A DNA stretch of 64,000 bases from Escherichia coli (GTDB lineage Bacteria > Pseudomonadota > Gammaproteobacteria > Enterobacterales > Enterobacteriaceae). The DNA lies in NCBI RefSeq assembly GCF_003334405.1, contig NZ_QOWM01000003.1. One strand, given 5' to 3'. Position numbers and translations under genes: made by a program. Of the stretch, positions 1 through 16,445 are shown piece after piece. The notes beneath the pieces were generated by a model. That model was not told where the DNA came from, made no database searches, and worked only from the letters and a program-made list of their open reading frames with translations. Position 1 is the stretch's first letter. Each line of letters opens with the position of its first letter.

Positions 1-205
1 TCGCTACGCCTTCCGTCAGCAAAGTACCGTCATCCAGCAGCAATGCAGGCACCTGCCCCTTAGGGTTAACGGCAAAGTAATCGTCACCGTTTTCGAGACG
101 TTTTTTCATTAAATCCACACTGACGAGGGTAAAATCCTTTCCGCTCTCACGCAGGGTGATATGGGAAGCGAGAGAGCAGGCACCCGGTTTGTAGAACAAT
201 TTCAT
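1..205 (-). CDS. gstA: Glutathione S-transferase GstA, N-terminal part only (gene continues past the window start)
   Basis: Reverse-complement translation from ATG (complement of 203-205) gives [50 protein letters not shown]..., recognised as the GstA N-terminus; AGGAG Shine-Dalgarno upstream. Not in ORF track because truncated. Confidence 0.85.
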
Positions 206-255
206 CGGTAACTCCTTTTGTCTGTGGTTTAAAGTATGGTAGTGCGTTGCTGAAC

Positions 256-288
256 AAAAAAAAAGCCGCTAACGAAAAGTTAGCGGCT
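256..288 (-). terminator. Rho-independent terminator downstream of dtpA
   Basis: Inverted repeat agccgctaac/gttagcggct (264-288) with 5-nt loop; A9 run at 256-264 on the + strand gives a T9 tract after the hairpin on the - strand, about 20 nt past the dtpA stop. Confidence 0.6.
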
Positions 289-310
289 TGTAAAAGAGTT
301 TCCCTGAATT

Positions 311-1813
311 TTACGCTACGGCTGCTTTCGCCGCTTTGTCTGCAGCGTCATCCTGCGTCATGCGGTGCAGTTTCGGCGCGGTCAGCAGCATCAGTACTGC
401 AATAACGGCAGTAGCGACACCAATCTGCAAGAATACGCGACCATAGACTTCCAGTGACATCAGCGGATCGGTAACGTTATCCGGCACAGCCATCATACCC
501 GCAACATAACCACCAATCAGGTTTGCACCGGCAGTGGTCAGGAACCAGCTACCCATAATGAAGCCCATCAGACGCTGCGGAACGAGTTGAGCAACCATTG
601 CCAGACCCAGACCAGAGATCATCAGTTCCCCGATGCTCTGCAGGCCATAGCTTGCGACCAGCCAGCTTACAGACACGATACCAGCGTCAGACGCGAATTT
701 CGCACCCAGCGGCAGAATCAGGAACGCACCAGAACACATCACCATGCCGATTGCAAACTTGGTTGGCATCGGCAGGGTATCGCCCATCTTGTTATAGATA
801 GTGGCCAGAATCGGACTACCGATGATGATCCAGAACGGGTTCAGTGCCTGATACTGCTCAGGTTCTACGGCCAGACCCAGAATGGAGTGCTCAACGTTAC
901 GAATCGCAAAGAAGTTCAGTGACGTTGGCATCTGGCTGTACAGCACGAAGAAGATAATGGCTTCGAGCATCAGGATGAAGGCAACGATCATTTTACGACG
1001 CGCAGCACCTTTCATCGCGAAGGCTTCTTTACCGAAGATAACCACGATACCGAAGGCAACAACGCCCAGCGCCATACGCGCAACTTCCTGATTGTGCAGC
1101 AGCCAGGTGGCGATAGCGATCAGTGCCACAACACCAATAATGGTCAGCAGCAGGTTACGGTAGTTGATAGGCTCGAAGTCTGGTTTTGAACCGTACTGTT
1201 TAACCCAGCGTTGGCAGAAGGCGAAGTTAACGATAGTGATCAGCAGGCCTACAACGCTCAACGCAAACGCAACACTCCAGCCGTATTTCGCGGCCAGCCA
1301 CGGCGTAGCAATCATAGAGAAGAAAGAGCCGATGTTGACGGACATGTAGTACATGGTGAATGCACCGTCCAGACGCGGGTCGTTTTTCTCATAGCATGTA
1401 GAAAGCAGAGAAGACGGGTTAGCTTTAAACAGGCCGTTACCGACCGCAATAGCCGCCATACCCATATAAACGATACCGGCGTCGTGACCAGACCAGGCAA
1501 CCAGAGCATAACCAATCGCCAGCACAATAGCGCCGAGCATAATTACGCGTTTAGTACCCAGTACCTTGTCACCTAACCAGCCGCCGATAGCGACCAGACC
1601 ATAAACCAGGGCACTAAAGGAAGAGAAAAGGGTGATTGAATCCGCTTCAGACATACCCAGTTGTTTAACCAGGTAAACAGCCATAATTCCTTGTAGGCCG
1701 TAATAACCAAAACGTTCCCATAACTCAATCGAGAAGATGAGATAGAACGCCTTCGGTTGTTTGAAAGCGTTCAAACTGACGCTTTCAGTTGGTTTTTGGT
1801 TTGCAGTGGACAC
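311..1813 (-). CDS. dtpA: Di/tripeptide:H+ symporter DtpA (TppB/YdgR), POT family
   Basis: 500-aa ORF; N-terminus [39 protein letters not shown] contains the POT/PTR2 signature; recognised as E. coli DtpA. Confidence 0.95.
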   Translation of the reverse strand: MSTANQKPTESVSLNAFKQPKAFYLIFSIELWERFGYYGLQGIMAVYLVKQLGMSEADSITLFSSFSALVYGLVAIGGWLGDKVLGTKRVIMLGAIVLAIGYALVAWSGHDAGIVYMGMAAIAVGNGLFKANPSSLLSTCYEKNDPRLDGAFTMYYMSVNIGSFFSMIATPWLAAKYGWSVAFALSVVGLLITIVNFAFCQRWVKQYGSKPDFEPINYRNLLLTIIGVVALIAIATWLLHNQEVARMALGVVAFGIVVIFGKEAFAMKGAARRKMIVAFILMLEAIIFFVLYSQMPTSLNFFAIRNVEHSILGLAVEPEQYQALNPFWIIIGSPILATIYNKMGDTLPMPTKFAIGMVMCSGAFLILPLGAKFASDAGIVSVSWLVASYGLQSIGELMISGLGLAMVAQLVPQRLMGFIMGSWFLTTAGANLIGGYVAGMMAVPDNVTDPLMSLEVYGRVFLQIGVATAVIAVLMLLTAPKLHRMTQDDAADKAAKAAVA

Positions 1814-2423
1814 TTTTACCTCTTTTTTTACATCCCATATTAACGGGGGTGCTTTCTCGCGTTATGTATAAAAAACATACGCGCAATTGTTATAGTGGGA
1901 GGGGAAACGGCAGGTAATGTTCACTATCTTGCACTTTCAGACAAGTCCTTTGTAATAATCTGTTACATATAACTGAGGCGGGGAATTCAACCATTCCGGG
2001 AAATGTTATCCAGCGTTAAATTTTTCAAAAAACGTAACGGCAGATTTTTTCACTGCACTGAGAGGGGGGTGATGGCTTAACGGCGATATGTTCTGCTATT
2101 TAGCGTTTTTACTAGTGAGATAGTCCAGTTTCTGAAAAATAGCCAGTGTAATGTTTTGTAGGTCAATATTTGTTGCGTGTGTAAATTTAAATGATTTTAA
2201 CCTGATTCTTGCAATGTTTTTACATTGCGACAGCATCGTGATCTTGATCACGAATGAATAGAAAATTTCGCTATTAAAAAAACAATTAACCTGCATTTTT
2301 GGTTATCCGCAAACGGATTACCTGATGATAACGCTAAGCAATGGCATCATTGACGTTAAAAAGATGTTTTAAAAGAGGATAAAGAAAGGTTATCAATGGG
2401 GTAATCGGTGTTACCCCTTTTCT

Positions 2424-3059
2424 TCAGATGTCAACTTTCTCTTTGTATTCACAAAGATCTTCAATAATACAAGAGCCACAGCGGGGCTTGCGGGCAATGC
2501 AGGTATAACGCCCGTGCAGGATCAACCAATGGTGGCAGTCGACTTTAAACTCTGCTGGAACCACTTTCAGTAGCTTTTCTTCTACCTGTTCGACGTTTTT
2601 CCCCGGCGCAAATTGAGTACGATTACAAACGCGGAAAATGTGCGTGTCGACAGCAATAGTCGGCCAGCCGAATGCAGTGTTTAATACGACGTTGGCTGTT
2701 TTACGACCTACGCCGGGCAGGGCTTCAAGCGCAGCACGATCTTCCGGAACCTCGCCATTATGCTGCTCCAGCAAGATACGGCAGGTTTTGATGATATTTT
2801 CTGCTTTGCTGTTATAAAGCCCAATCGTTTTGATATAGGTTTTCACCCCTTCAACGCCCAGTTCAAGCATCGCTGCAGGCGTATTCGCCACCGGGTAGAG
2901 TTTCGCCGTCGCCTTATTAACACTGACATCGGTCGCCTGAGCGGAAAGCAGTACGGCAATCAGCAATTCAAAAGGCGAACTGAAATTAAGCTCGGTGGTG
3001 GGATGAGGATTGTTCTCACGCAGGCGAGTGAGGATCTCCAGGCGTTTTGCTTTATTCAT
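2424..3059 (-). CDS. nth: Endonuclease III (DNA glycosylase/AP lyase)
   Basis: 211-aa ORF with HhH-GPD motif (LPGVGRKTANVV) and C-terminal 4Fe-4S cysteine cluster (C-x6-C-x2-C-x5-C); last gene of the rsx-nth operon. Confidence 0.95.
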   Translation of the reverse strand: MNKAKRLEILTRLRENNPHPTTELNFSSPFELLIAVLLSAQATDVSVNKATAKLYPVANTPAAMLELGVEGVKTYIKTIGLYNSKAENIIKTCRILLEQHNGEVPEDRAALEALPGVGRKTANVVLNTAFGWPTIAVDTHIFRVCNRTQFAPGKNVEQVEEKLLKVVPAEFKVDCHHWLILHGRYTCIARKPRCGSCIIEDLCEYKEKVDI

Positions 3060-3754
3060 CAGACATTCCCTGTTTCACCGTTTGGCAATGCACGTTCTGC
3101 AGCTGCTTCAGCACGGCGCTTTTTCATTCTTTCATCAATCAGGTATTTTCCTGCCAGCATCAGTCCCAGGCCAATAAATGCACCTGGTGGCAGCATCGCC
3201 AGCAGGAAAGGGGAGTCGGTGTGGAAAATCTCCACGCGTAATACTTTTGCCCAGCTACCTAACAGCGCATCTGCACCGTCAAACAATGTGCCATTGCCGA
3301 TAATTTCGCGTAGTGAACCCAGCACGAACATGGCGCAGGTTGCGCCCATACCAATTGAAAAGCCGTCCAGTGCCGAAAGCGCCGGACCTTTTTTGGCGGC
3401 GAAGGCTTCAGCGCGGCCCACAACGATACAGTTAGTGACAATCAGCGGAATAAAAATCCCTAATGATTGATACAGGCCAAAGGCGTAGGCGTTGATCAGC
3501 ATCTGTACAGCGCTGACCACCGAGGCGATGATCATCACGTAAATGGGAATGCGGATCTCGGCTGGCGTCCAGTGACGCAGCGTCGAAATGGTCAGGTTGG
3601 TCAGCGTCAGTACCAGCGTAGTCGCAAGTCCTAAACCCAGAGCGTTAGTGGCAGTGGACGTGACCGCCAACAGAGGACAAAGGCCGAGCAACTGGACCAG
3701 CGCAGAGTTGTTTTTCCACAACCCCTGAACAATAACGTCTTTAATTTCGCTCAC
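3059..3754 (-). CDS. rsxE: Ion-translocating oxidoreductase complex subunit E (Rnf-type)
   Basis: 231-aa polytopic membrane ORF recognised as RsxE; stop overlaps the nth start by 1 nt (translational coupling). Confidence 0.95.
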   Translation of the reverse strand: MSEIKDVIVQGLWKNNSALVQLLGLCPLLAVTSTATNALGLGLATTLVLTLTNLTISTLRHWTPAEIRIPIYVMIIASVVSAVQMLINAYAFGLYQSLGIFIPLIVTNCIVVGRAEAFAAKKGPALSALDGFSIGMGATCAMFVLGSLREIIGNGTLFDGADALLGSWAKVLRVEIFHTDSPFLLAMLPPGAFIGLGLMLAGKYLIDERMKKRRAEAAAERALPNGETGNV

Positions 3755-3757
3755 GCT

Positions 3758-4378
3758 TTATTCTCCACAGGCAGGAAGTTGAGAAAGTTGTGCCGGTAAC
3801 GTCTGAGCGTACAATCCGGCGCGTTTTACCGCATTAACCACCGCGCGGGGAGTAATCGTCGCGCCGGTGAACTGGTCGAAATCACCACCATCTTTCTTCA
3901 CCGCCCAGTGCGCATCATCTGCACCACTGATTTTTTTACCCGCAAAATGGGTGATCCAGTCAGAAAGGCGCAGTTCGATTTTATCGCCAAGCCCTGGCGT
4001 TTCGTGGTGCTCTGTCACGCGCGTGCCAAGTACCGTGCCGTTAAAATCGGCTCCCACCAGCAGCTGAATCGCACCGGAATAGCCATCTGGCGCGGTTGCT
4101 TCCAGAACGGCGGCTACCGGTTTGTCATCCTGTTTGGCGATGTAAACCCGATGCTCACCTTTACCTAACTCTGGCGCAGTTACCAGATAGCAACTCTGTG
4201 CCAGCGCATTGTTATAGCGTTCGGCTGGCAGCACCTGATCAAATAACGCCTTTTGTTGCAGACTGGCCTGTTCAGCAATCGTCGTTTTGGTCATCTGGTT
4301 GATGGCCGCAGTTAACCCTGTTGAACCCGCTGCAAATAGCGCCAACGTAATGCCGTGTTTTCGGATAGTTTTCAGCAT
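3758..4378 (-). CDS. rsxG: Ion-translocating oxidoreductase complex subunit G
   Basis: 206-aa ORF recognised as RsxG; operon position between rsxD and rsxE. Confidence 0.95.
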   Translation of the reverse strand: MLKTIRKHGITLALFAAGSTGLTAAINQMTKTTIAEQASLQQKALFDQVLPAERYNNALAQSCYLVTAPELGKGEHRVYIAKQDDKPVAAVLEATAPDGYSGAIQLLVGADFNGTVLGTRVTEHHETPGLGDKIELRLSDWITHFAGKKISGADDAHWAVKKDGGDFDQFTGATITPRAVVNAVKRAGLYAQTLPAQLSQLPACGE

Positions 4379-4381
4379 GGT

Positions 4382-5440
4382 TTACCCTTTGCGATGGCCG
4401 TAGACGCGCGGACGCGTGTAGTAATCGATCAGAGGAACCGTGATGTTCGCCAGCAGGACGGCAAAAGCCACGCCGTCAGGATAGCCGCCGAAACTGCGGA
4501 TCAACCAGACTAATAAGCCCGCAAGCGCGCCGAAAATAAGACGACCACGATTGGTCGTAGAAGCGGTAACCGGGTCAGTCAAAATAAAGAATGCGCCGAG
4601 CATGGTCGCTCCAGACAGCAGATGAATTTGCGGTGCTGCCAGTGTTTCTGGTGAGAACAACCAGCCCAACATTGCGCATAACGCCAGCGTTACTAAGAAG
4701 CTGAGGGGAATATGCCAGCGAATCGCTTTCTGCCATAGCAACCATACGCCGCCAGCCAGCCAGGCGAGATTTACCCATTGCCAACCAGCGCCCGCCAGAA
4801 TACCGCTGTAGATCGGATATTGCATAATCTGTTCAACCGAATGACCGGCACGGACAGAGGTTTTAAATGTATCCAGCGGTGTCGCCTGACTAATGCCATC
4901 AATACCTAAGCGTAGTGTGTTCATATCACCACCACTGGCGGTATGACCGCTAAAAATAACCTGGATGGCGTCGATAAAACCAGGGATGTTGACCGCAATT
5001 TCATGTGGCGGTAACCAGCTGGTCATCTGCACGGGGAAGGAGATCAGTAAGACCACATAACCAATCATTGCCGGATTAAACGGGTTTTGTCCCAGACCGC
5101 CATACAACTGTTTAGCGATGATCACCGCAAACACCGTACCCAGCACGACCATCCACCATGGCGCGAGGGGGGGAATACTTACCGCCAGCAATAAGCCTGT
5201 CAGCAATGCTGAGTTATCTTTCAACGTTGCGGCTACCGACTGCTTGCGTAGTTTGAGTACGAGAGCTTCGGCTAACAGAGCACTAACCGATGCCAACAGG
5301 ATCTGAACGAGAGTACCCCAACCAAAAAACCACAGTTGCGCTGCGATTCCTGGCACGGCTGCGAGCAACACCAACAGCATAATGCGCGATGTCTGGCGCT
5401 GGTTATGGGTATAAGGGGAGCTAGCTATTCTGAATACCAT
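4382..5440 (-). CDS. rsxD: Ion-translocating oxidoreductase complex subunit D
   Basis: 352-aa membrane ORF recognised as RsxD; directly abuts rsxC. Confidence 0.95.
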   Translation of the reverse strand: MVFRIASSPYTHNQRQTSRIMLLVLLAAVPGIAAQLWFFGWGTLVQILLASVSALLAEALVLKLRKQSVAATLKDNSALLTGLLLAVSIPPLAPWWMVVLGTVFAVIIAKQLYGGLGQNPFNPAMIGYVVLLISFPVQMTSWLPPHEIAVNIPGFIDAIQVIFSGHTASGGDMNTLRLGIDGISQATPLDTFKTSVRAGHSVEQIMQYPIYSGILAGAGWQWVNLAWLAGGVWLLWQKAIRWHIPLSFLVTLALCAMLGWLFSPETLAAPQIHLLSGATMLGAFFILTDPVTASTTNRGRLIFGALAGLLVWLIRSFGGYPDGVAFAVLLANITVPLIDYYTRPRVYGHRKG

Positions 5441-8137
<2,697 letters not shown>

Positions 8138-8138
<1 letters not shown>

Positions 8139-8719
8139 TACAACTTCACCAAACCACTAAAGCCCATAAAGGCCAGAGACATAAGACCTGCGGTAATTAA
8201 CGCAATGGCATTACCGCGAAAAGGTGCCGGGACATCAGCCACAGCAAGGCGTTCGCGGATGGCGGCGAAGAGCACCATCACCAGCGAGAAACCGACAGCG
8301 GCGGAAAAACCGTACAGCGCCGACTGCAAGAAATTGTGCCCGAGATTGATATTCAGCAACGCCACGCCGAGCACTGCACAGTTGGTGGTGATAAGCGGCA
8401 AAAAAATCCCCAGCAGACGGTAAAGCACCGGGCTGGTTTTGCGCACCACCATCTCGGTGAACTGCACGACCACAGCAATCACCAGAATAAATGCCAGGGT
8501 GCGCAGGTAAATCAGATTAAGTGGGATCAAAATCCACGTATCGATAAGCCAGGCGCAAATAGACGCCAGCGTCATCACAAACGTTGTTGCCAGCCCCATG
8601 CCCATCGCGGTTTCCAGTTTTTTGGAAACCCCCATAAACGGACAGAGACCGAGAAACTTGACCAGTACAAAGTTATTGACCAGTACAGTTCCGACAAACA
8701 GTAACAGGTAGTCAGTCAT
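8138..8719 (-). CDS. rsxA: Ion-translocating oxidoreductase complex subunit A
   Basis: 193-aa membrane ORF recognised as RsxA; first gene of the rsxABCDGE-nth operon; stop overlaps rsxB start by 1 nt. Confidence 0.95.
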
Positions 8720-8795
8720 TTTTCGGCCTGAAATAAAAAAGCCGCCTATTATCCGTTAATCCAGAGCAGGCGACAACAGGTTAACTGTAAGGTTA

Positions 8796-9236
8796 TTACG
8801 GATTCACAAACGTCGCTTTTACCCGCGACGAGCGTTTGAAATAGGGGACGATCAATGCGGTTGCCAACAAAGTAAACAGCAACTGGCGAACGGCTATGCC
8901 ATCTTCCACGGGTGAAAAAGCGAATGCTTTTACTGCCAGCAATACGGAAATAAGCAGCCAGATAATATAGTGTTTAGGAACACAACGCCGACGTTTAAAG
9001 AAAGCGATGGTCAACCACAGTGTGTAATACCACAAGGCGATAGCGGTAATAAAAGAAACGCCCCATAAGATTTGTGTCGTCAGTGCTTGTCCGCCGAGCG
9101 TTTGAAATGTTTGCGGAGAAGATAACGCAGCGGTATACAGCAACAACGCCAGCGTCGTACTCAACAGAGCGACTAAAAGCCAGGCCAACGGGCCAAGCAA
9201 CCAGCCTCCAATACGTTGTGGCGTTGTGGTGGTCAT
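8796..9236 (-). CDS. ydgK: Inner membrane protein YdgK
   Basis: ORF track gives 154 aa; trimmed to internal Met (MTTTTPQRIGGWLLGP..., 146 aa, complement of cat at 9234-9236) to match the length I recall for YdgK. Confidence 0.8.
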   Translation of the reverse strand: MTTTTPQRIGGWLLGPLAWLLVALLSTTLALLLYTAALSSPQTFQTLGGQALTTQILWGVSFITAIALWYYTLWLTIAFFKRRRCVPKHYIIWLLISVLLAVKAFAFSPVEDGIAVRQLLFTLLATALIVPYFKRSSRVKATFVNP

Positions 9237-9321
9237 AGGTTCTCCAGAATAGCGACGCAAACAGGCAAATCTAATTTTAGGGGCGTTATTATAAGGCTTT
9301 TATAACCGATCGCTACTTTCT

Positions 9322-9537
9322 TTATTGGACATAGTGCCAGACGGACTTCGGTACCTGGCCGAGGTCAAACAAACGCCCGCCAGAAACCAGCTCTGCGCGA
9401 CGGTGATCGGCAGCACGATACATATTGATCAGTTCCTGATCGTCCGTCAGGGTGTAATTAAGATGGTCGTAGAGTTTTTCCAGACTTTCGAGTGAACTGA
9501 TTTTGCGAAATTTTAATAAGTAGTCCTGAACAGTCAT
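9322..9537 (-). CDS. cnu: OriC-binding nucleoid-associated protein Cnu (YdgT), Hha family
   Basis: 71-aa [74 protein letters not shown], recognised as Cnu/YdgT. Confidence 0.93.
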
Positions 9538-9809
9538 AAAAGGTCCATAAAATAATTAATACCAAAGGGGTAGGTATTATTAGTGATGATAAAATTTCAC
9601 CAAAAGTGAACGCTTGTGTTATTACAATAATAAGAATGCGCTGATGGCAAATATTCAGGGATGAAAAACTGCTCTGAAAAGAGTAACGCGCTTTACTATC
9701 CCTGACAATCACCAACAACATCGAACAAGATAATAAATTCCTGGTTTAATATCCGACAAGTGAAAACATGCACCCGGACGGGCAGCATGTCGCTCCACAA
9801 GTGCAGAGC

Positions 9810-9935
9810 TTACTTGTGTTGTACCGAAGCACTCTGTTCAGGTGGCTGATAGTTGTCAATGTGACTCGCCACGCCAAGAAGAATGACTGAAACGACAAGA
9901 ACGATCCAACCTGTTAATTCAATAAGACGATTCAT
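9810..9935 (-). CDS. blr: Small membrane protein Blr (41 aa)
   Basis: Internal Met of the 66-aa track ORF gives MNRLIELTGWIVLVVSVILLGVASHIDNYQPPEQSASVQHK (41 aa, single TM helix); start is complement of cat at 9933-9935. Confidence 0.8.
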   Translation of the reverse strand: MNRLIELTGWIVLVVSVILLGVASHIDNYQPPEQSASVQHK

Positions 9936-10177
9936 TACAGCCCACATCTCTCTTGATTGATCCATTAACTTCAGGGGGTAAATGTTACTTAGCAATAATA
10001 GCTCCAGCAAGATTTTTACTGAGGTTTTTGCGATATTTAGCTTTTGTCGTTGGAAAATTCGCTATTTTTTTGACTTAAGTTAAACAACATCCCTTATTGC
10101 TGGCAGGTTATTAAACTGTTGAGCGTGGGTAAAGGATAGTGTCAAATAGCCATCATACTTCAATGAGAGGCAATGAC

Positions 10178-11218
10178 ATGAGCGACAACATCCGTGTTGG
10201 GTTGATTGGGTATGGTTATGCGAGCAAAACCTTCCATGCGCCCCTGATTGCGGGCACGCCCGGGCTGGAACTGGCGGTAATCTCCAGCAGTGATGAAACA
10301 AAAGTAAAAGCCGACTGGCCAACGGTTACGGTTGTCTCTGAGCCGAAGCATCTGTTTAACGATCCCAACATAGACCTGATTGTCATTCCTACACCCAACG
10401 ATACCCATTTACCGTTAGCCAAAGCGGCGCTTGAGGCGGGTAAACATGTGGTCGTTGATAAACCCTTTACCGTGACACTGTCACAAGCGCGAGAGCTGGA
10501 TGCGCTGGCAAAAAGCCTGGGGCGTGTGCTGTCTGTATTCCATAACCGTCGCTGGGATAGCGATTTCTTGACGCTAAAAGGTTTACTCGCGGAAGGCGTG
10601 CTGGGTGAAGTTGCTTACTTTGAGTCTCATTTTGACCGCTTCCGTCCGCAGGTGCGCGATCGTTGGCGTGAACAGGGCGGCCCAGGCAGCGGTATCTGGT
10701 ACGATTTAGCACCACATCTTCTTGATCAGGCCATTACGCTTTTTGGTTTACCGGTCAGCATGACGGTAGATTTGGCACAGTTACGGCCCGGAGCGCAGTC
10801 GACCGATTATTTCCACGCCATCTTGTCCTATCCACAGCGGCGAGTCATTTTACACGGTACCATGCTGGCAGCCGCTGAGTCAGCACGGTATATCGTGCAT
10901 GGATCCCGAGGCAGTTATGTGAAATATGGCCTCGATCCACAGGAAGAACGTCTGAAAAATGGCGAGCGTCTACCGCAGGAAGACTGGGGCTACGATATGC
11001 GTGATGGCGTACTTACCCGCGTGGAAGGTGAGGAACGTGTCGAAGAAACGCTGTTGACGGTGCCTGGGAATTATCCGGCTTACTATGCGGCTATTCGTGA
11101 TGCGTTAAATGGCGATGGTGAAAATCCGGTTCCGGCAAGCCAGGCAATCCAGGTAATGGAGTTGATTGAGCTGGGCATCGAATCCGCCAAACATCGCGCG
11201 ACTTTGTGCCTTGCATGA
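10178..11218 (+). CDS. ydgJ: Predicted NAD(P)-dependent oxidoreductase YdgJ (Gfo/Idh/MocA family)
   Basis: ATG at 10178 preceded by GAGAGG Shine-Dalgarno; MSDNIRVGLIGYGYASKTFHAPLI... Rossmann N-terminus; 346 aa. ORF-track start at 10139 rejected. Confidence 0.9.
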   Translation: MSDNIRVGLIGYGYASKTFHAPLIAGTPGLELAVISSSDETKVKADWPTVTVVSEPKHLFNDPNIDLIVIPTPNDTHLPLAKAALEAGKHVVVDKPFTVTLSQARELDALAKSLGRVLSVFHNRRWDSDFLTLKGLLAEGVLGEVAYFESHFDRFRPQVRDRWREQGGPGSGIWYDLAPHLLDQAITLFGLPVSMTVDLAQLRPGAQSTDYFHAILSYPQRRVILHGTMLAAAESARYIVHGSRGSYVKYGLDPQEERLKNGERLPQEDWGYDMRDGVLTRVEGEERVEETLLTVPGNYPAYYAAIRDALNGDGENPVPASQAIQVMELIELGIESAKHRATLCLA

Positions 11219-11250
11219 AAAATGGATGGTGCATTTGCACCATCCATTTT
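11219..11250. terminator. Bidirectional rho-independent terminator between ydgJ and add
   Basis: Perfect inverted repeat aatggatggtgc / gcaccatccatt (11221-11248) with 4-nt loop, flanked by an A-run upstream and a T-run downstream; lies between two convergent stop codons. Confidence 0.7.
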
Positions 11251-11251
11251 G

Positions 11252-12253
11252 TTACTTCGCGGCGACTTTTTCTCGCAGTGCGCGTTTTTCCTCAGCGCTG
11301 AGGAAAGCCATTTCCAGACCATTAATCTGTGCCTGGCGGATTTGCTCGCGGGATAACCCAGCAGCTGGCGCGGCAACGGTATATTCGTGAATGATATCCA
11401 CTCCCTGTACGCCGGGATCGTCAGTGTTAATGCTGGCACGAATGCCATGCTCAAGGAACGTTTTCAGCGGATGTGCAGCCAGCTCTGCTACGGTGCTGGT
11501 CTGAATATTGGAGGTCAGACAGGATTCAATACCAATTTGTTGCTCGGCGAGAAAATCCATCAGCGCCCGATCTTCAATGGCTTTTACGCCATGTCCAATA
11601 CGCTCCGCACCCAGTTCACGAATCGCCTGCCAGATGCTTTCCGGCCCGGCAGCTTCGCCTGCATGGACGGTAATATGCCAGCCCGCATCACGCGCGCGGT
11701 TGAAGTGAGAAAGGAACAGACTTCCCGGGAAACCAAGTTCATCACCGGCTAAATCAAGTGCGGTAATCTGGTCACGGTGGGCTAAAAAGGCCTCCAGCTC
11801 TTGCTGACAGGCGGCTTCGCCGAAGGTCCGGCTCATAATGCCGATAAGCTTCGCCTGCACACCAAAGGTGCGGCAACCTTCACGTACGCCATCGATCACC
11901 GCTTCGACAACACCCGCTACAGGCAGCTGATGTGCCATTGCCATGTAGCCTGGTGAAAAACGCAGCTCGACATAGTGCAGGCCGTGACGGGCTGCATCTT
12001 CAATGTTTTCAAATGCCACGCGGCGACAGGCATCAAGAGAGGCGAGAACTTTAACGCCCCAGTCAAGTTTGGTCAGAAAGCTCACCAGATCGGGTTCGTT
12101 GGCAATGACCTGAACGTGGGGAATCAGTGTTTCCAGGGATTGTGCAGGAAGCGAGATATTATACTGGCGGCCAAGTTCAAGAATGGTCTGGGGACGAATG
12201 TTGCCATCAAGGTGGCGATGGATATCAGTTAATGGCAGGGTGGTATCAATCAT
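11252..12253 (-). CDS. add: Adenosine deaminase
   Basis: 333-aa [39 protein letters not shown]..., with the metal-binding HxH motif (DIHRHLDG) and ...SINTDDPGV... motif. Confidence 0.95.
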
Positions 12254-12322
12254 GGTCGCACTCTTTTTCTGGATATAAAAGTGCGCACCATTATAAAAAC
12301 AAAGCAGGGTAAAAATCCACGA

Positions 12323-12350
12323 TTGCGCAACGATTTTTTACGTTGCGCAA
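12323..12350 (-). terminator. Putative terminator hairpin downstream of malY
   Basis: Inverted repeat ttgcgcaacg / cgttgcgcaa with T-rich 8-nt loop, 7 nt past the malY stop; the T-tract is not immediately adjacent, so moderate support only. Confidence 0.4.
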
Positions 12351-12356
12351 TTGGGG

Positions 12357-13529
12357 TTAACGAACAGCGCGGATGGCGTTAATTAATCCAGCCACACCTT
12401 TTTCCAGTTTCGAACGTGGGCAGCCGGCATTGAGACGGACAAAACCACGACCTTCTTCACCGTAGGTATACCCCGGCATGATCGCGACTTTTTCTTGTTC
12501 GATAAGTGCTTTTTGCAACGCGTTGTCGTCAATATTCAACGGACGTAAATCAAGCCATGCCAGATAAGTGGATTGTGGGATCTGCCAGTTGAGTTCAGGA
12601 AACGCGGCGTTCATTTTATCTGCGATATACGTCAGGTTATCTTTCAGATAGATGCGTAAGGCATCCAGCCACGGCGCGCCTTGCTGATAGGCGGCGATAT
12701 GGGCAGTTAACGCCAGTACCGAAGGGGAAGAAAGCCCATCACGGCCTTTCAGTGCCGATAAATAGGCATCGCGGCTACTGCTATTTTCTATAATCCCGTA
12801 AGCACCGGTCAGGGCGGGAATATTGAAACTTTTCGAGCCCGACGTTAGCAACGCCCAGTCTCCGCGAGCCACATTACTCCAGGGAATATGCGGCTGCTCG
12901 CCCCAAACCATATCCATATGGATTTCATCGGAAATAACCCGCACACCATGACGCTCGCACAGGTCAGCCATGATCTCCAGCTCATCGCACGTCCACACTT
13001 TCCCGGTAGGATTCTGTGGGCTACACAGGAGCATAATTTTACATTCTGGTTTCGCCAACACGGCTTCCAACTTGCCCATATCGCAAAACCAACCATCAGC
13101 CTGCTTCTCTAAAGCAACGGGCATTACTGTGCGCTGGTTACCTTCAATGGCCTTGTAAAATGCGTCATAGGCGGGTGTGTGGATCACCACGCCTTCACCT
13201 GTTTCAGACCACTGACGAATCAGTTCTGAAACCATATAGATGACAGAAGGGCCATACACCACCGTCTGAGAATCGATGGCGGTGTAATGCTGGGTGGAAA
13301 ACCAGTGGGCAATAGCCGCGAGAAACTCATCGTTTTTCCAGCGGCTGTAGCCAAATACGCCGTGCATCAGGCGCTGATTCAGCGCCTCGATAATGCAGGG
13401 GGCAGTGGCAAAATCCATGTCTGAAATCGTGAACGGTAACAGGTCAGCAGTGCCGAAACGGTCAGCGACATAATCCCACTGTGTACACCATGTGCCATGA
13501 CGATCCACGACCTTTGAAAAATCGAACAT
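12357..13529 (-). CDS. malY: MalY, PLP-dependent cystathionine beta-lyase-like protein and MalT antagonist
   Basis: 390-aa ORF recognised as MalY; aminotransferase class I/II fold; downstream of malX in the malXY operon. Confidence 0.93.
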   Translation of the reverse strand: MFDFSKVVDRHGTWCTQWDYVADRFGTADLLPFTISDMDFATAPCIIEALNQRLMHGVFGYSRWKNDEFLAAIAHWFSTQHYTAIDSQTVVYGPSVIYMVSELIRQWSETGEGVVIHTPAYDAFYKAIEGNQRTVMPVALEKQADGWFCDMGKLEAVLAKPECKIMLLCSPQNPTGKVWTCDELEIMADLCERHGVRVISDEIHMDMVWGEQPHIPWSNVARGDWALLTSGSKSFNIPALTGAYGIIENSSSRDAYLSALKGRDGLSSPSVLALTAHIAAYQQGAPWLDALRIYLKDNLTYIADKMNAAFPELNWQIPQSTYLAWLDLRPLNIDDNALQKALIEQEKVAIMPGYTYGEEGRGFVRLNAGCPRSKLEKGVAGLINAIRAVR

Positions 13530-13538
13530 ATCTTATCC

Positions 13539-16334
<2,796 letters not shown>

Positions 16335-16445
16335 TCCTCTCTTTATCTGCTATACCTGGTAGTGTCCTTTCCTCAAGGTTAATGATAAAAAATGTGGCAC
16401 ACAGGCGGTGCCTTTTATTTTTACTGAAGTTCACAGGAGGTTTAT

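Noticed and set aside
2096-2296. 66-aa - strand ORF in the dtpA upstream region
   Set aside because: AT-rich sequence with no Shine-Dalgarno and a low-complexity predicted product; most likely chance ORF within the regulatory region.
2760-3470. 236-aa + strand ORF spanning the nth/rsxE junction
   Set aside because: Antisense to two well-supported genes, no ribosome-binding site, composition typical of a shadow ORF.
9458-9721. 87-aa - strand ORF overlapping the cnu 5' end and upstream region
   Set aside because: Overlaps the recognised cnu gene in another frame and extends into AT-rich promoter DNA; no support.
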